Source: an uncultured delta proteobacterium
Lineage (GTDB): Bacteria; Myxococcota_A; Polyangia; Polyangiales; Polyangiaceae
DNA length: 64,000 bases
Direction of reading: 5' to 3'
NCBI GenBank assembly: GCA_963841435.1
Contig: CAWJCS010000003.1
Span: 1,152,001 to 1,216,000 of the forward strand
Shown: positions 1-8,759 of the stretch, one piece after another
How the letters are laid out: each line of letters begins with the position of its first letter
Position numbering within the stretch: the first letter of the stretch is position 1
Position numbers and translations under genes: made by a program
Notes under the pieces: model-generated
What the model was told of the DNA's origin: nothing
The model's input: the letters and a program-made list of their open reading frames with translations, nothing else
Database searches by the model: none

Positions 1-141
1 TCGTCATCCATCATGCTCGCCCGCTACAGACGAGACGCCCAGACGATCCGCGAACATGATCTCGGCTGGCTCGTCAACCTCCACGAGCACATTCCCGAGT
101 TCAAGAATTCGAACGCGGAGCCGGCGATATCGTCGGGATAA
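1..141 (+). CDS. C-terminal fragment of a probable tyrosine recombinase/integrase (5' part outside window)
   Basis: Frame +1 is open from base 1 to TAA 139-141 and reads SSSIMLARYRRDAQTIREHDLGWLVNLHEHIPEF. This resembles the 'S..M..RY' catalytic-Tyr segment at the end of tyrosine integrases. It ends ~75 bp from a tRNA 3' end. Not in the ORF track. Confidence 0.55.
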   Translation, partial: SSSIMLARYRRDAQTIREHDLGWLVNLHEHIPEFKNSNAEPAISSG

Positions 142-214
142 CGTCGGGAAAGCCGACTCGGTTACTCAAGAATCGTTTTCGCCGTCGCCGACTTTCCGAA
201 TCGTCTCGCTGTAG

Positions 215-296
215 TGCACGAGGAGGGACTTGAACCCCCACACCTTGCGGTACCGGAACCTAAATCCGGCGCGTCTGCCAATTCCGCCACTCGTGC
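215..296 (-). tRNA. tRNA-Leu (anticodon TAG)
   Basis: Reverse complement GCACGAG-TGGCGGAATTGGCAGACGCG-CCGGA-TT-TAG-GT-TCCGG-TACCGCAAGGTGT-GGGGG-TTCAAGT-CCCTC-CTCGTGC-A folds as a cloverleaf with a long variable arm. CCA is not encoded. Confidence 0.96.
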
Positions 297-395
297 GTCG
301 GCGCGGAAGGTAGCACGGCGGGGCTTTAGCGTCGGCCACCTCGCGCGCGACGGCGCTCGGGTGCTTCTGCGCCACGCTCGTCCGCGTGGCGACGC

Positions 396-1337
396 TTAGC
401 GTCCGTCGCGGCGACGCAATGCGTCGAGCGTTTTTCGGATGTCGTCGGGCATGGGCTCTTCGAACTGGAGCGGGGCGCCCGTCGTCGGGTGCGTGAAGCC
501 GAGCTCGAAGGCGTGGAGCATCAGGCGCGGGGCGGGGAGGCGCTCGCCGGTGAAGGTTTTGCCGTAGACGCGCTCGCCGAGCAGGGGGTGGCCAGCCTCG
601 GCAAGGTGGATGCGGATCTGGTGGGTGCGGCCGGTTTCGAGGCGACATTCGACGAGTGTCGCGCCTGGCAGGCGCTCGATGACGCGCACGTGCGTGATGG
701 CGTCGCGGCCGAGGCGCGGGTTGTCCGTCGAGCCGCGGCGGCCGTCGCCGCGATCCTGGACGAGACGCGAGCGCAGCGTGCCGGCCTCGACGGCGCCGTG
801 CGCGAGGGCGAGGTAGCGACGCGCCACGGTATGGAAGCGGAATTGCTGCTTTAGCGCACGTTTTGCCGCGAGGCTCCGCGCGAACACGACGAGGCCGCTC
901 GTTTCTTTGTCGAGCCGGTGCACGACGCCGAGCGACGCGCCCGGGCCGAACCGGCGCTTCATGGCGGCTTCGACCAGCTCGGAAAGCGCCCCGCGCTCGC
1001 GCTCGTCGAACGGCACCGTGCTCACGCCAGCCGGCTTTCTCACGACGACGACGTGCGCGTCGGCGTGCACGATGGTCTCAGCGGGAAGCGTCGTCTCGGG
1101 CCGCGGCTTCGGCGCCGTCATGGTGACGGTGATGCGCGCGCCCTTCGACACCGGTCGCGCCGCGTCGAGCACGCGCTCGCCGTCGATAGTCACCTTGCCG
1201 GTCTCAATCAGCCGCCGGACGGCGGCCCAGCTCGTCTCGGGACGCAGCGCGCGAAGCGCCCGGTCGAGCCTGCCGTCGATGGGCGACGGGTCGCCCGCGG
1301 CGTCGCGCTCTGCGTCAGCGGGCGGTCTTGGGCTCAC
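396..1337 (-). CDS. RluA-family 23S rRNA pseudouridine synthase (RluD-like, S4 domain)
   Basis: Motifs KPAG, VHRLDKETSG, LETGRTHQIR, LHA. The GTG start at 1337 overlaps the upstream TGA (GTGA). Confidence 0.93.
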   Translation of the reverse strand: MSPRPPADAERDAAGDPSPIDGRLDRALRALRPETSWAAVRRLIETGKVTIDGERVLDAARPVSKGARITVTMTAPKPRPETTLPAETIVHADAHVVVVRKPAGVSTVPFDERERGALSELVEAAMKRRFGPGASLGVVHRLDKETSGLVVFARSLAAKRALKQQFRFHTVARRYLALAHGAVEAGTLRSRLVQDRGDGRRGSTDNPRLGRDAITHVRVIERLPGATLVECRLETGRTHQIRIHLAEAGHPLLGERVYGKTFTGERLPAPRLMLHAFELGFTHPTTGAPLQFEEPMPDDIRKTLDALRRRDGR

Positions 1338-2316
1338 GGCGTGCGCTTCCAGCGCGGCGCGAGGTGCACCGAAAGGATGTCGCGGAAGAGCCCAACGTGT
1401 GCGCAATGGTCGAGCGGGCCGTTACCGGCGTAGCCGAGCACGTGCAGCCCCTTGCGATCGAAGCGGTCGATGAGCTCGAGTCCCATCGGGTCGCTGCTAC
1501 GTGGCTTCATGCGGCGCGAGTGCCCACCGACGGCGTCAACGAGGTAGTGCGAGGTCTCGGTGGTGGAGGCGTAGCCGGGCGGGACAATCGACGAGTGGCT
1601 CACGACCATCAGGCGCTTGCCGGCCGCTGCGAGCTTCGCAAACTGCACGAAAGGGCGAAGTGCCACCTACGTCGAGCCCATCGCCGACGTAGTCGCAGTG
1701 CAAGCCGTCGAGCAGCATCACGGCGTCAACGCGCTCGCGCGCCGCGGGCGAGCGCAGGATGGCTTCGACGGCGCCATAGCCCGCGCTCCAAGCGCTCAGT
1801 GCCACGCGTCGAGCGTGCGCCCCCTTCCTGCCGGTGCGCTCGGCGACGACACGCTCAACGTCGGCGAGCAAACGCGCGAACGCGTCCGGCGACTGGAACG
1901 CACTCTGGTACACGCCGGAGCCGTTGCCGAGCGTGATGCCGACGAACACTTCGTGACGCATGACGCGTACCCACTCTTTTCGCGCGGCGTCGTGACCGTG
2001 AAAATGAATGAGCAACGTCGAAGTCGCCGCGCGACGAGAGCTCGCGCGCAGGCGGCACGAGCACGAGCCCGGGCCCTTCGAGGTGCGCCCACGAGCGGTA
2101 GCGGCCGAAGCCGGGATCGGGAGTGTTGCAGGGATTTTCGCCACGCTCGGCGCTGGGTTTTTGCACCTGCGTCGCCGGCGCCGGCTTCACCAAGAACCAC
2201 GGCTTTGCGCCGCTGGGCTCCGCGCGCGACGCGGGTCCGACGAGGACCAGCGCGGCCGCGAGGGCCGCGCATCGTCGAACGCACCGAATCGCAAGCATCC
2301 TGTGTCGAGCCACCAA
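1334..2316 (-). CDS. Exported alpha/beta-hydrolase-fold protein, split by two frameshifts (~2014, ~1668)
   Basis: Three ORF-track frames join into one protein: signal peptide, then DFDV/LIHFHG...AWSAGYG (nucleophile elbow)...LLDGLH, then ALRPFV...DHCAH. Confidence 0.7.
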
Positions 2317-2394
2317 ACCACGTTGTCTCAGACGGGCGAGATCCCCTCAAGTTTTCGACTGAGACTGCACCGAAACACCCGCCCCGAGCCTTGC

Positions 2395-2408
2395 CTTAAG
2401 CGTTTTAG
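2395..2408. promoter_or_regulatory. Putative LacI-type operator CTTAAGCGTTTTAG
   Basis: Imperfect CG-centred 14-bp palindrome 56 bp upstream of the 2465 ATG. It matches the site at 13861-13874 (read on the - strand) at 12/14 positions. Confidence 0.45.
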
Positions 2409-2464
2409 GGCGGTAACTTGCGCTCCCCGGGCTCGCCGCCCGCTCGCCTCGCAGGAGATTTCCC

Positions 2465-3190
2465 ATGCGCTTTGCTCTTTCTGGCTTCGGTTCGACCTTC
2501 GCCTTGCTGACCGCCGTCATGGCCATTTCCACCGTGGGCTGTGGCGCCAAAGGTGACGACGACGACAGCAGCAACACCGGCGGTACCGGGGGCACCGGCG
2601 GCAACCCGGTGGAGATGGTCTTCGCCTTCGACACTACCACCGAGGGCTTCACCTTCCAGGACTACGCGCCCGGCGACGCGATGTATCACAACATTTTTCA
2701 CGAAGACATGTCGTCCTGCACCCTCACGAACGACGGTGGTGACGGCTCGGACGGCATGCCGGGCCGCGCGAAGCTCGTCATGAACTTCAGCGACTGGAAC
2801 CAGCTCGCCGACATCCAGGTCAACTTCTCGGGCGACAGCGTGAAGAGCTGGCTCAACAAGAAGCTAAAGGCCCAGGTCATGCTCGAGACGGGCTTCTCGA
2901 CCAACCCGAGCTGCCCCGGCGGCACGTACATGTTCCTCAAGACAGGCGCCACCTACGTGTGGGCGCGTGGCCAGGAAACCAACCTGGACCAGACCGGGAT
3001 CGGTACGTGGAATACCGTCACGTTCACGGCCGACATTCCGAGCCAGGCGAACGACAAGTACGATCCGGCGGAGGTCGTGTCGATCGGACTGCAGTTTTAC
3101 TCGGGCAGCGGCACCAGCTGCCCGGAGATGCCGCGCCCGGTGACCGCGTACGTCGATTCGTTCACGGTCGAAAACGCCCCGGCCAACTGA
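2465..3190 (+). CDS. Lipoprotein with a galactose-binding-like/CBM-type beta-sandwich
   Basis: Lipobox TVGC, G/T linker, and Trp-rich beta-strand pattern (GTWNTVTF, SIGLQFY, AYVDSFTV). No catalytic motif seen. Confidence 0.6.
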   Translation: MRFALSGFGSTFALLTAVMAISTVGCGAKGDDDDSSNTGGTGGTGGNPVEMVFAFDTTTEGFTFQDYAPGDAMYHNIFHEDMSSCTLTNDGGDGSDGMPGRAKLVMNFSDWNQLADIQVNFSGDSVKSWLNKKLKAQVMLETGFSTNPSCPGGTYMFLKTGATYVWARGQETNLDQTGIGTWNTVTFTADIPSQANDKYDPAEVVSIGLQFYSGSGTSCPEMPRPVTAYVDSFTVENAPAN

Positions 3191-3294
3191 GCGAGCACGA
3201 GCGCTCGCCGGCGTGAGCGTCGGCGGGCCCGCGGGCGCGAGGCGTCGCCCTGCGCACGTTGCGGGGTGGTGCGGGCGTCCGCTAACCTCCGGGC

Positions 3295-4572
3295 GTGCGC
3301 ACCGCAACCCGACTCGAGGCCGACGGCACCGCGACCGAGGTGCCGATGCGCGCCGTGGCCGAGGAGGCCGTGCGCGGCGGGATCTTCATCGTGCCGCGCT
3401 GCCTGGGTGAGTTCGGGCATTTCCAGACGATCCTCGCGACGACCGAGGACGTGCTGAAGGAGGTCGTCGGGCACGAGAAGGCCGAGGCCGTCCAGAGCCG
3501 TGGGTACCAGGCGATTCACGAGCTCCTGTCGCCGTCTGAGCTGATGACCGTCGCCGACGCCATCCAGCGTCGTCTCGAGCACGTGATGCCCCGAGCCGTG
3601 CGGGACCTGGTGGCGGGCGTTCTGCAGCACGACGGGGCCTTTCACTACGAGCTCCACCCGAACGTCCGCTTCCACGTTCCCTACGATGTCTACCGCCCCC
3701 ACGCGGCCGAGTACGAAAAGTACGCGCGCGATCACGGCGAGGGAAAGCTCTCGCCACACGACCCACATCGCGACCAGTGGTATCGCTGCCCCGAGAACGC
3801 CATCAACGTGTGGATCGCGATTGGCCCGGTGGAGCGCGGCAACGGGATGAGCCTTTATCCCGACCTTTACGATCGTCCGGTGCGGCGCGAAAAGAGCGGT
3901 AGCGTCTCGCACGATCAGCCGTTCGGGCGCCGCGTAAACTTCTCGCTCGAGCCCGATGACGCCCTCATCTTCCAGGGCCGGCACATGCACGCCTCGGAGC
4001 TCAACCGTACGCCGCACACGCGCTACGTCGTGAGCTTTCGCATGACGCTGAGCCGCCCGCGCGTCCGCAAGCTGTCGAACCACCACTACCTTTGGTCCGC
4101 GTACGATCGAGGCAGGCTAGGGCGCGCTCTCGGCCTGGGAGAGAAGGTCATTCGCAACCTGGAAACGGTGTTGAGCCCGACGCCGCGCGAGGAAGCGCCG
4201 GCCCTCGCCCCCGTGCCGGAGCTCGCCGCGCGCGAAGACGGCGGCACCCTCAGCTTCGCCGCCTCGGCCGTCACGGCGGACACGCTTTCGCCCCTGCCGA
4301 AGCGACTCTGCGCGACGCGCGTCAACGGCAAGGTCGTCGTGTTTCGGCGCATCTGCCCGCACGCCGCCGCGGATCTCGCGATGGGCTCGGTCGCGAACGG
4401 CGTCGTCTCGTGCCCCGAGCACAATCTGCCGTTCGACCTTCGCACCGGTAAGAGCCCCTGCACGTCTCTCGCGTCGTTGCGCCTGCTTCCCTCGAAGGAA
4501 GAAGACGGCGAGGTCGTCGTCACGCTGCGCGCGGATCGGACCGAAGCGACGACCGAGCCCACCCAAGCCTAG
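3295..4572 (+). CDS. PhyH-like 2OG-Fe(II) oxygenase fused to a C-terminal Rieske [2Fe-2S] domain
   Basis: HxD (PHRDQW), NVWIAI, distal His (HMHASELN), R..VSFR; then CPH-x16-CPEH. Confidence 0.8.
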   Translation: MRTATRLEADGTATEVPMRAVAEEAVRGGIFIVPRCLGEFGHFQTILATTEDVLKEVVGHEKAEAVQSRGYQAIHELLSPSELMTVADAIQRRLEHVMPRAVRDLVAGVLQHDGAFHYELHPNVRFHVPYDVYRPHAAEYEKYARDHGEGKLSPHDPHRDQWYRCPENAINVWIAIGPVERGNGMSLYPDLYDRPVRREKSGSVSHDQPFGRRVNFSLEPDDALIFQGRHMHASELNRTPHTRYVVSFRMTLSRPRVRKLSNHHYLWSAYDRGRLGRALGLGEKVIRNLETVLSPTPREEAPALAPVPELAAREDGGTLSFAASAVTADTLSPLPKRLCATRVNGKVVVFRRICPHAAADLAMGSVANGVVSCPEHNLPFDLRTGKSPCTSLASLRLLPSKEEDGEVVVTLRADRTEATTEPTQA

Positions 4573-4601
4573 CGTCCCGCGCGGCCGCGGTGAGCGTCTG
4601 G

Positions 4602-5945
4602 TTACTCGCCGACCGCGAGCAGGTGATCGCGAAACGTCATGGCGTAGTCGCTCGGGGGCTCGGCTCCCGAATAGCTCGAAATAAGAGCCCAGGGTTGTCC
4701 CTCGCTGCCGGCCGCGCGGGGGATGCACTCGGAGCCCGTGTTCCAGGACCATGCGAGATAGCCGATGTTTCGCGCGTCGAGCCAGCTCATCAGCGGCGTG
4801 AGGTAGGTGTCGCCGTTGCAATCCGACTGACCGATCTCCGTTGCGACGACCGGCACGACGGCGGCGACGCCGCCGGGCTCCGCGTCCCAGCAGGCGGAAA
4901 ACCGGCAGCGATTGAAGTCGTACGCGTGCCAGACGGCGCCCAGGTTGTCGAGCGGATCGACGGGCTCGTAGGCGAGCCACTGATTGAGCCCGTTCGAATA
5001 CTCGATGCCACCGAGCAAGATCAGGTGAGGCGCTCCCGTTTCGCGAATCGCGTCGACGAGCGCCTGCATGCCGACCGCCTCGTAACCTTCCATGGCGTTC
5101 CACGGGAAGGCTTCACAGCCGTTCAGCCAGCAATCCCAGGCGGCGTCGGTGTTGCGGTTTCTGTCGGGGTAGGGCTCGTTGAACGGCTCGAAAATGACGC
5201 CGTCGTTGTCGAGGAACGTGAGCGCCACGTCTCGCCAGAAATCCACGCTGTGGTCGGCGTTCGGCATCGGCATGAGCCCGTTCGGCACAACGTCACCCGG
5301 GGCGGACCAGTGAAGGTCGAGGATGGGCACGATGCCGAAGCGCTGCAGTCGCTGCACGTAGTCGCGAATCGCCTGCTGGTAGGGTTTCCCGGAAAAGCGG
5401 CTCGAAATCCCGGGACCGCCACGCCAGCAGCCCTCGTTGAGCGGGATGCGAACCGCGTTGATCTTCCAGGAGAGCATCGCCAAAATCGATTGGTTGGAGA
5501 CCTCTCCGTCGAAGATGCCGGAGCTCTTCGTGCAGGTGTACTCGCTGCCTGAACGATTGACACCGCGGAGGATCACCCGGTTGCCGTCCGCGTCGTGGAT
5601 CTCGTTGCCGACGGCGTGCAGTCCCGTCGGGGCAGGTAGCCCCGGCGGAAGCACGGCGCCCTCGCCGCCCTCGCCGCCCTCACCGCCCTCACCGCCCTCA
5701 CCGCCCTGCCCGCCCATGTCCGTCAACCCGCCGGAGCCGCCGGAGCCCGAGCGGCCGCCGGTCGATCCTGCGGCTCCGTCGTGGCTGTCGATGGCCCAGT
5801 CGCTGCCGCAGGCGTAGGCGGCGAACGATGCGACCAGAACGATCGCGACGGGACGCAGACGCGCCACGGGCCGGCGGAAGTCGGCGGGAAACCCGCCAGG
5901 CGTTCCGGCGGTAGCGCTACTCTTTCGTTTTGTAGAAAGAGACAT
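4602..5945 (-). CDS. GH5 endoglucanase-type glycoside hydrolase, lipoprotein
   Basis: LRGVNRSGSEY, NAVRIPLNE, ILDLHW, FNEP (acid/base), ATEIG (nucleophile), GYLAWSW; lipobox AYAC; GGE-repeat linker. Confidence 0.9.
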   Translation of the reverse strand: MSLSTKRKSSATAGTPGGFPADFRRPVARLRPVAIVLVASFAAYACGSDWAIDSHDGAAGSTGGRSGSGGSGGLTDMGGQGGEGGEGGEGGEGGEGAVLPPGLPAPTGLHAVGNEIHDADGNRVILRGVNRSGSEYTCTKSSGIFDGEVSNQSILAMLSWKINAVRIPLNEGCWRGGPGISSRFSGKPYQQAIRDYVQRLQRFGIVPILDLHWSAPGDVVPNGLMPMPNADHSVDFWRDVALTFLDNDGVIFEPFNEPYPDRNRNTDAAWDCWLNGCEAFPWNAMEGYEAVGMQALVDAIRETGAPHLILLGGIEYSNGLNQWLAYEPVDPLDNLGAVWHAYDFNRCRFSACWDAEPGGVAAVVPVVATEIGQSDCNGDTYLTPLMSWLDARNIGYLAWSWNTGSECIPRAAGSEGQPWALISSYSGAEPPSDYAMTFRDHLLAVGE

Positions 5946-6858
5946 CGTCGAGCCACAGGTCCCAGTCCCCTGCCGCAATCAAGAACTGAAGCTTCACGAG
6001 ATTCCCCGTGTCGAGCGGCCCCGGCACCTGAACGCCGAAGCCCTTCTGCACGAGGTCCCCGAACGGAATGGTGAAAAACTGCCACTCGTCCTTCAGCGTG
6101 ACGACAATGCCGCGCACGTCGCACTTCGAGGTATCGCTCGACTCCGTGCCTGCCTCGACGACGGACGCAGCGCTGACACACGCGGGGTCGCCGCCGGGGT
6201 TCGTGCTCGGATCACCCACGGCGACCGTGATTGCCGTACCGCCGGAGTCGCTGCCGCGCTTTGCCCAGAACGCCACGCCGTCCCAGCACGACGCGTCCAG
6301 ACCATCGACCCCCGCAGCGGCCCGCCCTTCCAGCGGGTCTCTGCAGCCGCCGCCACCGGGCAAGAGATCACCGATGGGCAATGTCTCGAGCTGCGCATTG
6401 CCACCCCAGCCGACCTTGCCGTTTTCCGACGGGCAGAGACCGAGGTCCCCGGCGCGAATGTTCAAACCTTGGCTCGGCGAACCACAGCGGCCCCCCACGA
6501 TCGGATCGCCTCCGAAGACGTCGCCCAAACCGGGGTGGATGCTGTTCGGGCTATGGCAGTCGTCCTGAAAGTTCCAGTACGCCTTGCAGGAGGCGGTGTC
6601 GTCGGCGACGAGCGGATTGCAAAGCGCCTTGGTCACCCCCGTGGGCTCGAAATCCATGATGGGGGTGAGCTCGAACGAATCCACGACCTCGCACCAGTCG
6701 GTCGGTTCCGTTTCCGGCGCCGTGGGCTCGGCCGCCGCGGGTCGCCCGTCGTCCGTGCCGCCGCAACCGGCGAGCGCGAAGCACAGCGCGAAAAGGGCCA
6801 CGGAGCCGAGCGAGGCGCGCGACGCATCGAGGCGGGCCAACCGCGCGCGCACCGTCAC
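5917..6858 (-). CDS. CBM11/CIA30-like carbohydrate-binding lipoprotein (C)
   Basis: Lipobox LAGC; DASCWDGVAFWAK, WQFFTIPFGDL, DLWLDDVSFY. GTG start overlaps the upstream TGA. Confidence 0.72.
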   Translation of the reverse strand: MTVRARLARLDASRASLGSVALFALCFALAGCGGTDDGRPAAAEPTAPETEPTDWCEVVDSFELTPIMDFEPTGVTKALCNPLVADDTASCKAYWNFQDDCHSPNSIHPGLGDVFGGDPIVGGRCGSPSQGLNIRAGDLGLCPSENGKVGWGGNAQLETLPIGDLLPGGGGCRDPLEGRAAAGVDGLDASCWDGVAFWAKRGSDSGGTAITVAVGDPSTNPGGDPACVSAASVVEAGTESSDTSKCDVRGIVVTLKDEWQFFTIPFGDLVQKGFGVQVPGPLDTGNLVKLQFLIAAGDWDLWLDDVSFYKTKE

Positions 6859-8757
6859 CACCACATGCTCGCCGTGAGCGAGAAGGTGTCCGAATCGGGC
6901 TCGACCCAGGGCGTGTCGCGCGGCGGGTAACCCTGCCGCACGGTCACGGCCGAGCCGTACATCCAGTGCGAGTACTGCAGCGTCACCTGGTCCTGGCTGT
7001 TGAAGTCCGTCCGGAAGATCAAGCGCGGTGAGATGATGGCAAACGTCTTGGCCATCAGGTCCGTGTCACCGAGCACTCGATCATAGCGCACGCCACCCGC
7101 GAGCCAAGACAGCGCGCTGTACGTCGCCTCGGCGCCGTATTTCAGCTTGTTCACGCCGTCGTAGATCGGGCGCCCGCCGGGCCGATCGTAAAGCACGTCA
7201 CCATTGTCGAGGCGAAGCTCGGTCGTTTTGTCGTCGCTCGTCACGTGCGTGAACATGCCGAACAGGCTCACGATGATGTCGGGGCCGTAGCCCGAGAACG
7301 GGTGCGGGGCGCGAACGATTTCTCCGATGCTCACGTCGTACTGCGCGCCGATCGTCGCAAGCTTCCCGTTGCCACCAGACTCGGGACCGAAGTACTCGCG
7401 CATGAGCCCGGGCCCACCCGCCGTGTTGAGCACGCGAACGACTCCCGAGACGCTGCGCGCGTCCTTGGCGGAAGTGAGCGACCCGGCGAGGTACGCGCGG
7501 CCGAACGGAGCGAACTGACCCTCCAGGTCGGCGCCGAACACGGAAATGCTGCCGTCGGGCTGGCTCGGCGCCGTGCGATCGTCGTGCGTCCAGGCGACGA
7601 CCGAGTGCAGGCCGACCATCGCCTGCGCGCCGAGCGCGAGCCCCAGATGCTCGTGGTGCGCGAAGCTCGTGCCGACGTTGGGGTCGGCGAAATCGTTCCA
7701 GCCGGCGGGCTCGACGCCGAGCGGCGCTCGATCCCACTGGCCCATCATGCCGATCTCGGCGAGTAGCGCGAGGTCGCCCGTGATCGGCACGCTGGCGCGC
7801 GTCGTTTCGCCGACGCCGGCGACGCGTGCGATGACGGGCGTGTCGTAGCGGCCGGTGTCGTACTCGCCCATCGAGCCGTAGCGGTTCGCGAACGCGCCCA
7901 CGTCGAACTCAACGTCGGCGGCCTCCCAGTGGGGAGTGAACGTCAAGAAGGCGTCGTTGATGCCGAGCTGGGTCGGGGGGTTGAAGTAGCCCTGCGCGTT
8001 GCTCACGCTCTTCGCCGCGATGATGACGTTGGCGACAACGTCGGTATTGCCGAAAGAGAAACCGAGCTGAACCCACGGCTCGGGCACGGTGCCCGTGTGC
8101 TCGAAGCGCTCGTGCTCGTCGGGGACGACGGGCGGGCCGTGCATCACCGTCGTGTACTGGGTCTTCAGCGGGTGCTCGCGCTGGTTGATGCCGAGCCGGA
8201 ACGGCACGTTGAGAAAGCCGTGGAAGTCGAACTTCCAGTCGTTCGAAGAAACCGATTTCAGGCCGTACGACGGATGCAGCCGACCCGGCAGCGAGGCCGT
8301 GTCGGGCGTCGCGAGCGCGAGCCCGAGCAGCGGGTGCTTGGGCTCTTCCTTCTTCTTCTTGGGCACCGTTCAACGCCTGAGCGGCGGTCGCGCTCGAGGC
8401 GGCCCCCGTCGTGACCGTGCTCGCTTCGGGTGCAGGAGTCGGCGCCGGCGCGGGGACCGCCGCAGGAGCCACGGGAGCTTCGGGCGCAGGCGTGCCGGGC
8501 GCGGGCGCGGCCGGTGTCGCCGGGGCAGCGGCATCCGGAGCAGCGGGGCTCGCGGGAGCGGTCGGCGCAGCCGGGGAAGGCGCGGCCGTAGCGGGCGTCG
8601 GTGCAGGTGCCGCGGGCGCAGTGGTCGGAGCCGGTGCCGCGGCAGGTGCGGCGGCGGTTGGTGGCGGTGGAGCCGCGGCGGGCTTCGTCTGGGCGTACGA
8701 GACGCCCGGCGCGAGCGCCGCGGTGACTCCAAGGATTAGTGCAGGGCTAGGCTTCAT
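6855..8757 (-). CDS. Putative outer-membrane beta-barrel protein 2 with Pro/Ala-rich N-terminus (frameshift ~8369)
   Basis: A signal peptide (MKPSPALILG...SYA) and P/A linker in one frame continue into the 503-aa ORF. Amphipathic strands and C-terminal FSLTASMWW beta-signal. Paralog of 8760-10745. Confidence 0.65.
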
Positions 8758-8759
8758 GG

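Noticed and set aside
166-648. ORFs 166-648 (-) and 214-399 (+) spanning the tRNA
   Set aside because: They overlap a clear tRNA-Leu and the RluA gene; spurious.
5660-5706. 9-bp tandem repeat (GGE)n
   Set aside because: Ordinary low-complexity linker inside the GH5 lipoprotein.
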